The position numbers were made by a program, and so were the translations under genes. Below, piece by piece: positions 1-10,534 of a stretch of 64,000 bases of DNA. Source of the DNA: Nitrosopumilus sp. GTDB taxonomy: Archaea; Thermoproteota; Nitrososphaeria; Nitrososphaerales; Nitrosopumilaceae. The stretch spans positions 992,001 to 1,056,000 of the forward strand of contig OZ242186.1 in NCBI GenBank assembly GCA_965205675.1. Reading direction: 5' to 3'. Every line of letters starts with the position of its first letter. Positions within the stretch are counted from its first letter, which is position 1. A model generated the notes under the pieces. That model made no database searches. It was not told the origin of the DNA and saw only the letters and a list, made by a program, of their open reading frames with translations.

Positions 1-994
1 TTCCTGCAAAAGCAGTTGTGACAAAATATACGATAGTTAGACGATACTGCACAAACTGCAAAAAACAAATCTCGGGTAACATTCACACTGTACTGTCAAA
101 TGAAAGGTTTGGAATTAGGCTCATGGTGCTAATCACATCACTAAAAACTATCGGATTATCGTATGGTAAAATATCTCATCTTTTGCAGATGCTCTTCTCA
201 CTGCACATTACAGAATCTGCAATTAATCATGCAGTATCAATAGTATCAAAAGCATTTGGGAGCAGATATGATACAATGATTGTGGAGTTAAAAGAAGATC
301 TAAACATACATGGTGATGAGACAAGTTGGAGGGTAGATGGCCAGAACCACTGGTTGTGGGCATTTGTGAGTAAATGGACTGTAATTTACGAGATTGACAA
401 ATCACGTTCAATGGATGTTCCCAAGAGAATTCTCAAGGGATATGATGGCAACATTACAAGTGATTCGTACCCTGCATGGAACCATGTTGGAAGCACTCAC
501 CAGAAATGTCACATCCATTATCTCAGAGAGGTTAATGATACCATTAATCACAAGAATCCCGGACCAGAATTTGCACCATTTGCCAAGAATCTCAAGAAAA
601 TAATTTATGACTCTCATGGTGTGGCAAAAATAAAATCAGAATCAGAAAGAATCCATGCAAAAAAGAATCTTGAAAGGAGAATTAATCACATCATATCAAA
701 AAAATACACAGAGAAAAACTGTATCAGGTTTGTAAAAAGATTGAAACGTGAGAGAAAAATGCTTTTTACATTCCTAATTACTGGAACTGATTCACACAAT
801 AACACAGCAGAGAGGGCAATCAGACCAAATGTGATAATTCGTAAAATTACAAACGGTCATAGAACCATTCATGGTGCTGATTCTCATAAGATACTGATGA
901 GTATAAAGGAGACATGCAGATTACGAGGATTAAACTTTCATGATTATTCTTTAGAATATCTTGGAGATTTTACTTCAAAACTCTAGACAGTTAC
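1..994 (+). mobile_element. IS66-family single-ORF (ISBst12-like) element, copy 1, 5' part outside the window
   Basis: Transposase near-identical to the copies at 2475, 20920 and 40359 (HGDETSW, SDSY, NNTAERAIR); ends in the IR ...CAAAACTCTAGACAGTTAC at 994. Confidence 0.92.
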
Positions 995-1074
995 CAAAAA
1001 TAATTATTTCCTAGAATGTGTAACTTGAGTTACTTTCCCATCTACTGGTTATTGAGAGTAGTGATAAAGGTGAT

Positions 1075-1196
1075 TTGTATGGAATTGTCAACTTTAAGAC
1101 AAGATAGAAACAAGAGTTTGTTGTGGTATCTCAGAAATTATTTGAAATTAAATTCAATGAAAGATAAGATTTTGTTTGTAATTACGCAAGACGTCT
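1075..1196 (+). mobile_element. Right-end remnant of the IS5-family (ISL2-like) element
   Basis: Matches the reverse complement of 39234-39360 and ends in TAATTACGCAAGACGTCT; left boundary approximate. Confidence 0.8.
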
Positions 1197-2047
1197 AGTG
1201 TTACCAATTGCTTTGCAGTCATACTGTAGGTGTCCATGATATGCTCCATCAAGGAAAGTATCTACAGAATCTTCATTATGATATTTCTGTACACCATAGA
1301 TATTGTAGACGGTTTCATCAGAACTGACCTCAAAATAGACATTTCCATGTTGAACTGTATTGGTTAAACATATTTTGGATTCAAAAAGCATGTCTCCATT
1401 CACAGGTACAAACCATACTTCTACATGAGATGTTCCAGGACCATATGTAAGATGCCCAACAGGACAACGTATAGGAACGTCAAATGGACTTGGAACGCAT
1501 GGAAATAATTTCCAGCTTGGTTTGATAAACTGATGTCGTCTGTATGAACATCAGTTATTGAAACTGGGTGTCCTTGTTCCTCAAAATGCTTTATTGATTG
1601 ATGATATTTGTTAAAATAATATCCAGAATCTTCAAAGGTTTTATCTTGTGGTCCTACACCAAATTCTTCTAATTGACTTAGAATCTCGTCATATTGTATT
1701 TTGAGTTCTTCCAATTGTTGCTCATCAGTAGTTAATTTGATTTGTATTGTTAGTTGACTTGCTTCAATTAGCAGTTGGTTTCTGGCCAATTCGTATGCGT
1801 TTTGAGCAGTGATAAACTCATTTGTATTTTGGATGTATGTTTCCTGTTCAGTAGATGTCATGTTTTGGTAACTAGATTCTAGTTTTAACAAGTCGATATA
1901 TGCATCATTATTGCCTACTGCACCTATTTCACCATTAAATTCTTCTTCACCTGGTATTTGTGCAAATACCGATCCTCCTGGAATCAATAAGACTGCCATC
2001 AGGACAGGTATTGCGTATTGAATTTTTTGCATAGTTCTCGTGATCAC
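1197..2047 (-). pseudogene. Secreted PGEE-GPVG-leader family protein (member C), frameshifted near 1505 and cut at the 3' end by an IS end
   Basis: Signal peptide then AQIPGEEEFNGEIGAVG; adding one base near 1505 joins ORF 1421-2047 to ORF 1182-1403 (FPCVPSPFDVPIRC...KICLTNTVQH), colinear with 61564-62508. Confidence 0.8.
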
Positions 2048-2474
2048 GATCTTAGGCTTTGTTAATAAATCGGATCATGATTTTGTGATCAAAAAATTAA
2101 TCTCTTTTTGGCACGGATGTGGTAAATTCTAGTGATCTGTGTAACATAACGTGAAATATGGATCTTCTCCAAATTGGACTTGATAATTTCTATAGATAAT
2201 TTGGAAGAAATTATCTAAATAGAACCCTGCTGGTAAATTTTGGTGATCCTTGGAATAAGTTGAATCTGAAAAATAATTTGCTTATACTTTTTTCAAAAAA
2301 TCTTCTTTCTTGATTTCTGCAAGTGATTAAATACCAAAAATGGTTCCAATCTTCACATCTTTGTGCAACGGAATTACTGTAACTATTTTTCTACCGTTTA
2401 GAAATCTATGCAGAACAACATGACTTCCTCTCTGACGAGAGACTTGAAAATCAAAGTTGTCGACAAGAATTTTT

Positions 2475-3885
2475 GTAACTGTCTAGAGTTTTGAAGTACT
2501 TTCTTTAATATTTTTTATCTATATCTTTTCTGATCAGTGACAAATTACAATATACAATTGTCAGTATATGATGAGCTGGAATATTATCGTAACAGATGTC
2601 ACTCGCTGGAGCAAGAAAACCGTCAGTTACGCAAAGATATTGAATCACTACACAGAGAAATTGCAGAACTAAAACAAACAGTGTCTACACTTGTTGCAAG
2701 AAATATCAAAGCAAAACCAAACAAGACTGAAACTGCAAAAAAGAAGAAAACATCAAGACATCCTAGAAAAAGCAGAAGCAGACGGGCACACATTGATGAT
2801 GCCATTACAGTTGACCAAAAAGAGTGCAACACATGTGGCAAATCACTCTCAGAACCAACTGATTCATACACCAGAATAGTAGAAGACATCATTCCTGCAA
2901 AAGCAGTTGTGACAAAATATACGATAGTTAGACGATACTGCACAAACTGCAAAAAACAAATCTCGGGTAACATTCACACTGTACTGTCAAATGAAAGGTT
3001 TGGAATTAGGCTCATGGTGCTAATCACATCACTAAAAACTATCGGATTATCGTATGGTAAAATATCTCATCTTTTGCAGATGCTCTTCTCACTGCACATT
3101 ACAGAATCTGCAATTAATCATGCAGTATCAATAGTATCAAAAGCATTTGGGAGCAGATATGATACAATGATTGTGGAGTTAAAAGAAGATCTAAACATAC
3201 ATGGTGATGAGACAAGTTGGAGGGTAGATGGCCAGAACCACTGGTTGTGGGCATTTGTGAGTAAATGGACTGTAATTTACGAGATTGACAAATTACGTTC
3301 AATGGATGTTCCCAAGAGAATTCTCAAGGGATATGATGGCAACATTACAAGTGATTCGTACCCTGCATGGAACCATGTTGGAAGCACTCACCAGAAATGT
3401 CACATCCATTATCTCAGAGAGGTTAATGATACCATTAATCACAAGAATCCCGGACCAGAATTTGCACCATTTGCCAAGAATCTCAAGAAAATAATTTATG
3501 ACTCTCATGGTGTGGCAAAAATAAAATCAGAATCAGAAAGAATCCATGCAAAAAAGAATCTTGAAAGGAGAATTAATCACATCATATCAAAAAAATACAC
3601 AGAGAAAAACTGTATCAGGTTTGTAAAAAGATTGAAACGTGAGAGAAAAATGCTTTTTACATTCCTAATTACTGGAACTGATTCACACAATAACACAGCA
3701 GAGAGGGCAATCAGACCAAATGTGATAATTCGTAAAATTACAAACGGTCATAGAACCATTCATGGTGCTGATTCTCATAAGATACTGATGAGTATAAAGG
3801 AGACATGCAGATTACGAGGATTAAACTTTCATGATTATTCTTTAGAATATCTTGGAGATTTTACTTCAAAACTCTAGACAGTTAC
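2475..3885 (+). mobile_element. IS66-family element copy 2, complete (1411 bp)
   Basis: 24-bp terminal IRs GTAACTGTCTAGAGTTTTGAAGTA; 8-bp target duplication GAATTTTT on both sides. Confidence 0.96.
2537..3877 (+). CDS. IS66-family transposase
   Basis: Coiled coil, Zn finger (CNTC...CTNC), DDE core. Confidence 0.93.
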   Translation: MTNYNIQLSVYDELEYYRNRCHSLEQENRQLRKDIESLHREIAELKQTVSTLVARNIKAKPNKTETAKKKKTSRHPRKSRSRRAHIDDAITVDQKECNTCGKSLSEPTDSYTRIVEDIIPAKAVVTKYTIVRRYCTNCKKQISGNIHTVLSNERFGIRLMVLITSLKTIGLSYGKISHLLQMLFSLHITESAINHAVSIVSKAFGSRYDTMIVELKEDLNIHGDETSWRVDGQNHWLWAFVSKWTVIYEIDKLRSMDVPKRILKGYDGNITSDSYPAWNHVGSTHQKCHIHYLREVNDTINHKNPGPEFAPFAKNLKKIIYDSHGVAKIKSESERIHAKKNLERRINHIISKKYTEKNCIRFVKRLKRERKMLFTFLITGTDSHNNTAERAIRPNVIIRKITNGHRTIHGADSHKILMSIKETCRLRGLNFHDYSLEYLGDFTSKL

Positions 3886-3914
3886 GAATTTTTACTATTT
3901 TATTTCCTGCAAGT

Positions 3915-4124
3915 CTAGGGAATTTCGACACTGGACATCCCAACCATATCCATATTTTGTATGGTATTTTTTACATCTGGCATTTCTTCAAGATAAAGGC
4001 CTACTGCCTCTTTGATGTTTGTTAATGCTTCTTCTATGGTGGAACCCTGTGTAGTCACTCCTGTGGACGCTTCCTTTATCACGTACGTGTCATCTTCTCT
4101 CCAAAATATTGTCTGTAATTTCAT
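3915..4124 (-). CDS. hicB: HicB-family antitoxin
   Basis: GVTTQGSTIEEALTNIKEAVGLYLE signature; upstream of hicA. Confidence 0.88.
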   Translation of the reverse strand: MKLQTIFWREDDTYVIKEASTGVTTQGSTIEEALTNIKEAVGLYLEEMPDVKNTIQNMDMVGMSSVEIP

Positions 4125-4261
4125 ATCTTTTTTTAGAAGTCAAATGATTTTAATCTTTTTGGTTTGATTGTTCATGCTCTATTATCCTCAAATTAGTTCA
4201 CCCCATCATTTCCAGACTAAAGTCAAGATACGTTTGGAAAAGAGGAAAGAATCACAAGATT

Positions 4262-4441
4262 ATGCAAAAGTTAGATCCAATCCAGATATCCTGGATAATC
4301 AAGTCAAAAGAGGATGGTGCCAAGAACGCAGACGTAGCCTCATCCATGAAGATATCTGTTCGGTGGGTGCAGAAACTCTACTCACGGTATCGCCGTACTG
4401 GTGCAATTCCGATTCTAGGCAAGCCTGGAAGGCCAAAGGGA
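4262..4441 (+). pseudogene. IS481-like transposase N-terminal HTH fragment, interrupted by IS110
   Basis: ISWIIKSK...ISVRWVQKLYSRYRRTGAIP..GRPK resembles the fragment at 52217-52450. Confidence 0.6.
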
Positions 4442-4457
4442 ATAACTATAACCATAT

Positions 4458-5550
4458 GTGCCAAAATCAGCTAGGAAATTAGATGGTACTTGCATTCGTA
4501 TCAAGAAAGTAAGAAATGCAAACAAACACACTACCCTTCCTGAAAAAAAATATTTGATGTTTGTAGGATTGGATGTTCACAAGAACTCTGTACAGGTGGC
4601 AGCAGTAGATGAGATTGGCAAATTATTATTTAACAAAAAGATTTCCAGTGATTTTTCTGCTATTAGCAAAATTACATCCAAAATTCCAAAGAACGCAAAA
4701 TATGTTTTAGAGTCATCATCTGTCTGGTATGGCCTTTATAGACACATGACAGACAAATTACATCTTGATGTTATACTATCTAATCCATACAACACAAAGA
4801 TAATAGCATCATCACTCAAAAAGACTGATAAAATTGATGCGTACCATCTTGCAAATTTGCTACGAGGAGGGATACATTGCAGAATCATTTGTGCCAGATC
4901 ACACAATTGTGCAATACAGACAGCTTGTAAGACATCGACACAAGATTGTGCGCATCATTGTAAAGATGAAGAATTCCATACATGGTATTACACTACAGGA
5001 GGGAATCCATATCAAAGCAACACCATTTTCCTCAGAACACATACGTGCACTTGGAAAATTGGAGAGTTATAGAATAGATTCGTACCTACAAAGCATAAAA
5101 TTTCACAAAAAGGAGGTTGCAAAGATAGATTCCATGATACGTCGCATGGTAAATGATAATTCTGATGTGTGTATTTTGACATCAATACCTGGAGTTGGAC
5201 CATACACTGCATTGAGCATATTCTCAGAAATTGCAGAGATTAGTAGATTTTCAAATTCTCACAAGTTATGTGCATATGCAGGGATTGTTCCATCGGTGAG
5301 AAATTCTGCAGATACAATACATCACGGAAGAATTACAAAGAGAGGAAGCACCATGCTAAGATGGTTGCTAGTGGAGGCAATTCATGCACATGTTAGATAC
5401 GCACCAGATAGCGACATTACAAAATTTTATAATCGCATTAAGAAAAAGAGAGGGACCTCAAAGGCAGCAGTTGCTGCTGCATCAAAGTTATTGCGTGTCA
5501 TATATTGGATGCTAAAAGAGAGGAGAGAATTTGTTCAATGTCATCAATAA
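4458..5550 (+). pseudogene. IS110 recombinase A, frameshifted near 4868
   Basis: FVGLDVHK, LESS and KTDKIDA in the first ORF; SIPGVG, AYAGIVPSVRNS and ITKRG in the second. Confidence 0.88.
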
Positions 5551-5564
5551 TTTGTAAAACATTA

Positions 5565-5780
5565 CAGTTAGGAGTTTGGCCGCGTTTTCACATTGAGGAT
5601 GCATAATACCTCGAAACTATAACCGCGGTTTCACCTAATAAATGGATGAAGATGGTACTGGGGGAGAACCCCGAATGGATATGTGTCTGGTTTCATCTGT
5701 GATTGAAAGTATGAGTGTATTAGCGTAAGCTGTAATTAATATGGCAAAAATACCGACAATAGTTAAAAGGGATTCACATG
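5565..5780 (+). ncRNA. Putative bridge/seek RNA of IS110 element A
   Basis: Two stem-loops with internal loops; scaffold shared with 6895-7100 while loop sequences differ; ATGGAT matches the element's right end. Confidence 0.6.
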
Positions 5781-5785
5781 GATAT

Positions 5786-6899
5786 GTGAATAAGAAAGCA
5801 AGGAAATCAGATAGCATAAAAAATGAATCTAGTTCCAAGGTTCGTAAATACTCGGCTCCAAAAAAGATTACAAACAAACAGATTAGAAAAAATCCAAAGA
5901 AAGGCATGTTTGTGGGCATTGACCTGCACAAGAAGTTTCTTCAAGTAATAAATGGATGATGCAGGCAAAGTATTACAAAATGACAAAGTGGATAACACGC
6001 ATGAATCCATAAAAAAGCATTTTGCAAAAATACCAATTTCTGCAAATATTGTAATGGAATCCTCATCAGTCTGGTATGACACGTATCGATTTCTCACAGA
6101 TACTTTGGGATACAAAAACGTCACACTCTCAAACCCATATTTGACAAAGGCAATTGCTACATCAAAAAAGAAAACAGACAAGATTGATGCCAAGATATTG
6201 GCAGATCTTTTACGAGGAGGATACATTGCCACATGTTATGTTCCAGACAAAAAGATTGTACAACAAAGACAGCTTGTAAGATATAGGAAAAAACTAATCC
6301 AATGGAGAACATCTGTCAAGAATTCAGTTCATGGAATATTGTTACAAGAAGGAATCAAGATTCCAGGAGTTACATTCACTGAAACATACAACAGAAGACT
6401 CAAGGCACTAGGAGATTACAGAATAGACGGATTCTTGCAACAAATCAGCCACCTTAATTTACAGATTGCAGAGATTAATTCCAAAGTGTATGCTGCTGTA
6501 AAAGTTAATCCTGATGCAATTTTGATAAACTCGATTCCAAGAATTGGGCATTATTCTTCGCTTGTCATTGCATCAGAGATTGCAGATATTGAAAGATTCA
6601 ATGATTCCCACAAACTGTGTGCATATGCAGGAGTTGTACCATCAGTTAGAAACTCTGCAGATACAATACACCATGGCAGAATAACAAAAAGGGGAAGCAT
6701 GACATTGAGATGGGTTCTAACAGAATGCATACACACTCATGCAATTCATGCCAAAGACAGTGACATTACAAAATTTTACAATCGCATTAAAAAGAAAAGA
6801 GGATCATCCAAAGCTGCAGTAGCTGGTGCATCAAAGATCCTGAGGGTGATTTATTGGATGTTAAAGGAGAGGAGAGAATTTGTACAAAATTATAGTTAG
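5786..6899 (+). pseudogene. IS110 recombinase B, frameshifted near 5947
   Basis: MFVGIDLHKKFLQV is out of frame with MDDAGK; the fragment at 32701-32891 shows the intact reading QVAIMDDAG. Confidence 0.88.
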
Positions 6900-7100
6900 G
6901 ACTGCAAGTCGCGTTGTAATTATTGAGGGACAAGGCCTCGTCTAATAACTGCGAACAATCCTAACTAGGATGAAGATAGCATTGAGAGAATAGTCTCGTA
7001 TGGATACATGTCTGCCATCTTTTGATTGAAACCATTCTCTAGCGAAAGCCATGCCCTGATGTATGGAAAGAAAGGAAATGTATAAAAACAATTCACATGG
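6895..7100 (+). ncRNA. Putative bridge/seek RNA of IS110 element B
   Basis: GTTAGGA/TCCTAAC, GAGG/CCTC and GAGA/TCTC stems; loop TGTAATTAT is the reverse complement of the right junction ATAATTACA. Confidence 0.62.
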
Positions 7101-7124
7101 ATAATTACATAAAATTAGTTTGGG

Positions 7125-7148
7125 GGTAATAGGTTTACAATCACCTAA
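7125..7148 (-). repeat. Orphan IS-end-like repeat TTAGGTGATTGTAAACCTATTACC (second copy 47153-47176, + strand)
   Basis: 24-bp match between the two loci in opposite orientations. Confidence 0.6.
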
Positions 7149-7483
7149 AATAAAACTCTAAATTTTATGCGCCAGTTCTGTACAAAGTTACCATACAATA
7201 TGCTATTTCTTCAACAAAACGTTCATCTTCACTAACTGAAGCATATTTTGTAGCATTATTCCAAAAAGATGGTTTTTTAGTATGATTTTCTATGAATAGT
7301 TCGCTCAATACTTTTCATCATACTTTGATCGGATAATCATTCACCTCAATCAAAATTAACCTATTGCTAAAACAGATACACTTTACTTTGTTTTCAGCAT
7401 TGTTTATTTGAGATACAGGCAGAATGATTCACAAAGATGAAGGTTTGGATTATAATTTCCAGGACGCCCAAAAATTAGGATTA

Positions 7484-7500
7484 ATTATGCCCAAGTCTCA
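7484..7500 (-). repeat. Terminal-IR-like repeat TGAGACTTGGGCATAAT
   Basis: Also at 47231, 48867, 50904 (+) and 62819-62835 (-). Confidence 0.7.
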
Positions 7501-7537
7501 ATTATTTACGAAAAATCCAACATTGCATCATTTTATT

Positions 7538-8722
7538 CTAGTCGTATTTGTTCAGATAATTTTGTACTTCTTCAATGTCTTTATCTCCTCGCCCTGAAAG
7601 AGTTACAACTATGTTTTCTGATCTTTTACTCTTTCTTGCAACTTTAATTGCTTCTGCAATTGCATGTGATGATTCTAAAGCTGGAATGATTCCTTCTGTC
7701 TTTGTTAATATTAAAAATGCATCAATCACTTCTGCATCTGTTGCTGCATGATATTTTACTCGTTTAGTATCTTTATAGTATGAATGCTCTGGACCGACTC
7801 CGGGATAATCTAATCCTGCTGAAATACTATGCGTCTCTGTAACTTGTCCTTCTTTATCTTGAAGTAGATATGTCATCATGCCGTGTAATACCCCTTTACT
7901 TCCAGATGACAGTGTAGCTGAATGCATCTTGGATTTTAATCCATGACCTGCAGCTTCTACGCCAATAATTTCAGAATTTGAATCAATTAATGGATAAAAC
8001 GTGCCGATCGCATTTGACCCTCCGCCAACACATGCAATTACTGTATCTGGTGTTTTATTGTTAATTTGTTTCATCTGTATCTTTATCTCATTTCCAATTA
8101 CACTCTGGAAATCTCTGACCATTACTGGATATGGATGAGGGCCTACTGCTGATCCTAACAAATAGTATGTATTCTCCACATTTGTTATCCAATCTCGAAT
8201 TGCCTCATTAATTGCATCTTTGAGTGTTTTTGAGCCGGATTTTACTGGATGTACCTTACACCCAAGCACATTCATTCGAAATACATTTTGTTTTTGTCTT
8301 ACTGTGTCTCTATATCCCATGTATACTTCGGCCTTTAGACCTAATGCGGCACAGGCCATGGCAGTTGCAACACCATGTTGCCCCGCACCTGTTTCTGCAA
8401 TGATTCTTTTTTTGTTCATTTTTTTTGCAAGTAATGCTTGACCTAGGGTATTGTTAATTTTATGAGCTCCTCCGTGTAGCAGATCTTCTCGTTTAAGGTA
8501 AATTTTAGCACCGCCTAATTTCTTAGAAAGATTTTCTGCATAGTATAATGGTGTTGGTCTTCCTGCATAGATTTTAAGATAATACTCTAACTCTTTTTTG
8601 AATTTCTCATTGTTTTTAATCTTGAGATAATTTTCTTCTAATTCTTCAATTGCTGGCATTAGTGTTTCAGGAATGTATCTTCCGCCAAATTCTCCAAATC
8701 TGCCATTTTTAGGATATTTCAA
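7538..8722 (-). CDS. trpB: Tryptophan synthase beta subunit
   Basis: [39 protein letters not shown]. Confidence 0.98.
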   Translation of the reverse strand: MKYPKNGRFGEFGGRYIPETLMPAIEELEENYLKIKNNEKFKKELEYYLKIYAGRPTPLYYAENLSKKLGGAKIYLKREDLLHGGAHKINNTLGQALLAKKMNKKRIIAETGAGQHGVATAMACAALGLKAEVYMGYRDTVRQKQNVFRMNVLGCKVHPVKSGSKTLKDAINEAIRDWITNVENTYYLLGSAVGPHPYPVMVRDFQSVIGNEIKIQMKQINNKTPDTVIACVGGGSNAIGTFYPLIDSNSEIIGVEAAGHGLKSKMHSATLSSGSKGVLHGMMTYLLQDKEGQVTETHSISAGLDYPGVGPEHSYYKDTKRVKYHAATDAEVIDAFLILTKTEGIIPALESSHAIAEAIKVARKSKRSENIVVTLSGRGDKDIEEVQNYLNKYD

Positions 8723-9498
8723 TACGCATTCACCATTTTTTTTACTTGTTCTTCAATGTTGTCACTTTGCATTATACTTGAACCTATCAAAAAAGCATCA
8801 GCTCCGCATTTTTTTAAATATTGTATGTCTTCTGGCGTATTAATTCCACTTTCGGATATTATGGGTCTTGATTTAGTTGTTTTAGAAAGTATGGCTTTTG
8901 TGGTTTTAAGATCAATCTCTAACGTGTCCAGATCTCTATTATTTATCCCAATCAAATCGGCTTTTGTTTCTAATGCATTTTTTAATTCTTGTTTTGTATG
9001 TACTTCAAGTAAAATCCGTAACCCTTGTTTGTGACCATATTCTATGAATTCATCAATATCTGCAAGAAATTTCTGATCATACAATGACTGAATCACTAGC
9101 ATATAGTCTGCGCCCATTTTTTTTGCAGCGTCAATTTGGATTTTATCAATCATGATGTCTTTCATTAACATTGGAATATCGACTGCCATCCTTACCTTCA
9201 TAAAATACTCTGGCGAGCCATAAAATAGATGGGGTTGAGTCAAAACTGAGAGTGCTTTTGAACCTCCCAGAATCATCTGATTTGCAATGCTAACTGGATC
9301 TGTTAATGTTCTAATCTTGCCTAGTGATGGGGATGCAAATTTTATTTCTGTAAGTAGTGTTGCATGAGGATTTGTTTTAATGATATGAAGAAAGTCTCTG
9401 CTTGATTTTTGTAGATTTGCTTTAATTTCATACACTCCGTCGTCTATTGCTATTTGTGAATTGTTTACAAGTTTTCGTAGAATATTTTCAGCCATCAT
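8719..9498 (-). CDS. trpC: Indole-3-glycerol-phosphate synthase
   Basis: [27 protein letters not shown]; trp operon context. Confidence 0.96.
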   Translation of the reverse strand: MMAENILRKLVNNSQIAIDDGVYEIKANLQKSSRDFLHIIKTNPHATLLTEIKFASPSLGKIRTLTDPVSIANQMILGGSKALSVLTQPHLFYGSPEYFMKVRMAVDIPMLMKDIMIDKIQIDAAKKMGADYMLVIQSLYDQKFLADIDEFIEYGHKQGLRILLEVHTKQELKNALETKADLIGINNRDLDTLEIDLKTTKAILSKTTKSRPIISESGINTPEDIQYLKKCGADAFLIGSSIMQSDNIEEQVKKMVNAY

Positions 9499-10534
9499 TG
9501 ATCTCCTTTAACTTTGAAATGTTTCCTGTGTCTTGTATGAATTTTTCCAACAATGAAAATGCCTTACCGCTTTTTATTGTCTCTAGTGCAAGTTCAACTG
9601 CCTCTTCAAAGTTTTTAGAGATATTTGCAACAATTAATCCTCCTGCTGCATTTAATGCAGTCGTTTCAATCATTGCTCTATTTGCAGTATTATTTAGTAC
9701 TCTTACAAATGATTTTACTGCTTCTTCTTTTGTCTTTATTTGAATTTCTTGCAGTGTTGATTTGTGTAATCCTATCACTTCTGGATCAATTGCGTTTGTC
9801 AATACTTTGTCTTTTTTTAAGATACATACGCGATTAACTGCGCTGGTAGAGAATTCATCCATTCCATTATCAGAACGAACTGTCATGATATTTTCAGCAC
9901 CTCTTCTTTTTAGAATTTGTGGCAATCTATCTAAATATTCAACTGAAAATACACCCACTAGTTGGTTTTTTACATTTGCGGGATTTGATAGTGGTCCTAG
10001 TAGATTAAATGCAGTTCTCTTTCCTAATTGTTTTCTTGCATTTGATACGTGTTTCATTGCCGGATGAAACTTTTGTGCAAACATGAAACAAATGTTGTGT
10101 TTTTGCAGAATTTCTGAAATTCTTACAGGCTCTGAATTCAAATCATATCCAAAATATTCAAAGATATCTGAACTGCCTGAAACCCCTGAACTTGAACGAT
10201 TTCCATGTTTTGCCACAGTTCCTCCTGCTGCTGCTACTACAAATGAGGCAGTAGTGGATATGTTAAATGTCTGAAGTCCGTCTCCTCCTGTACCACACAT
10301 GTCAATTATCATTCCTTGATTTTCAGCCTCAATTTTGAGTGAAAGATCTTGCATTTTATTTAGCATTCCTAGTAATTCATCGTCAGTTTCTCCTTTGTTT
10401 GCAAGATTTGCCAGAAAATCGGCATTTTCTACATCATTTGTTTTGCCAGATAATATCTCTATCATAACTTTATTCATCTCATCATATGTCAGGTCTGTCT
10501 TTTCTTGTAATTTTGAGATAACTTTTGAAATCAT
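9488..10534 (-). CDS. trpD: Anthranilate phosphoribosyltransferase
   Basis: DMCGTGGDG, FNIST, KHGNRSSSG, FNLLGPL. Confidence 0.97.
   Translation of the reverse strand: MISKVISKLQEKTDLTYDEMNKVMIEILSGKTNDVENADFLANLANKGETDDELLGMLNKMQDLSLKIEAENQGMIIDMCGTGGDGLQTFNISTTASFVVAAAGGTVAKHGNRSSSGVSGSSDIFEYFGYDLNSEPVRISEILQKHNICFMFAQKFHPAMKHVSNARKQLGKRTAFNLLGPLSNPANVKNQLVGVFSVEYLDRLPQILKRRGAENIMTVRSDNGMDEFSTSAVNRVCILKKDKVLTNAIDPEVIGLHKSTLQEIQIKTKEEAVKSFVRVLNNTANRAMIETTALNAAGGLIVANISKNFEEAVELALETIKSGKAFSLLEKFIQDTGNISKLKEINDG

Larger units (their letters stand above)
2283..3931 (-). pseudogene. hicA: HicA-family toxin, split by IS66 copy 2 and carrying a premature stop
   Basis: Removing the IS gives MSKFPRLAGNKIVKILVDNFDFQVSRQRGSHVVLHRFLNGRKIVTVIPLHKDVKIGTIFGI*SLAEIKKEDF; GSH motif; overlaps the end of hicB. 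Confidence 0.85.
4450..5783 (+). mobile_element. IS110/IS1111-type element A, inserted in the left end of element B
   Basis: Bounded by AT cores at 4448-4449 and 5782-5783; removing it restores AACTATATGTGAAT. Confidence 0.8.
4444..7102 (+). mobile_element. IS110/IS1111-type element B (contains nested element A)
   Basis: Left end AT-AACTATATGTGAAT (seen intact at 32886-32901, minus strand), right end ATTCACATGG-AT, subterminal IR ATGTGAAT/ATTCACAT. Confidence 0.8.

Noticed and set aside
223-617. Short ORFs repeated inside each IS66 copy
   Set aside because: Alternate-frame or antisense shadows of the transposase; they recur only because the IS does
5741-5959. 72-aa ORF as a separate gene
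   Set aside because: It is element A's right end fused to the frameshifted N-terminus of recombinase B
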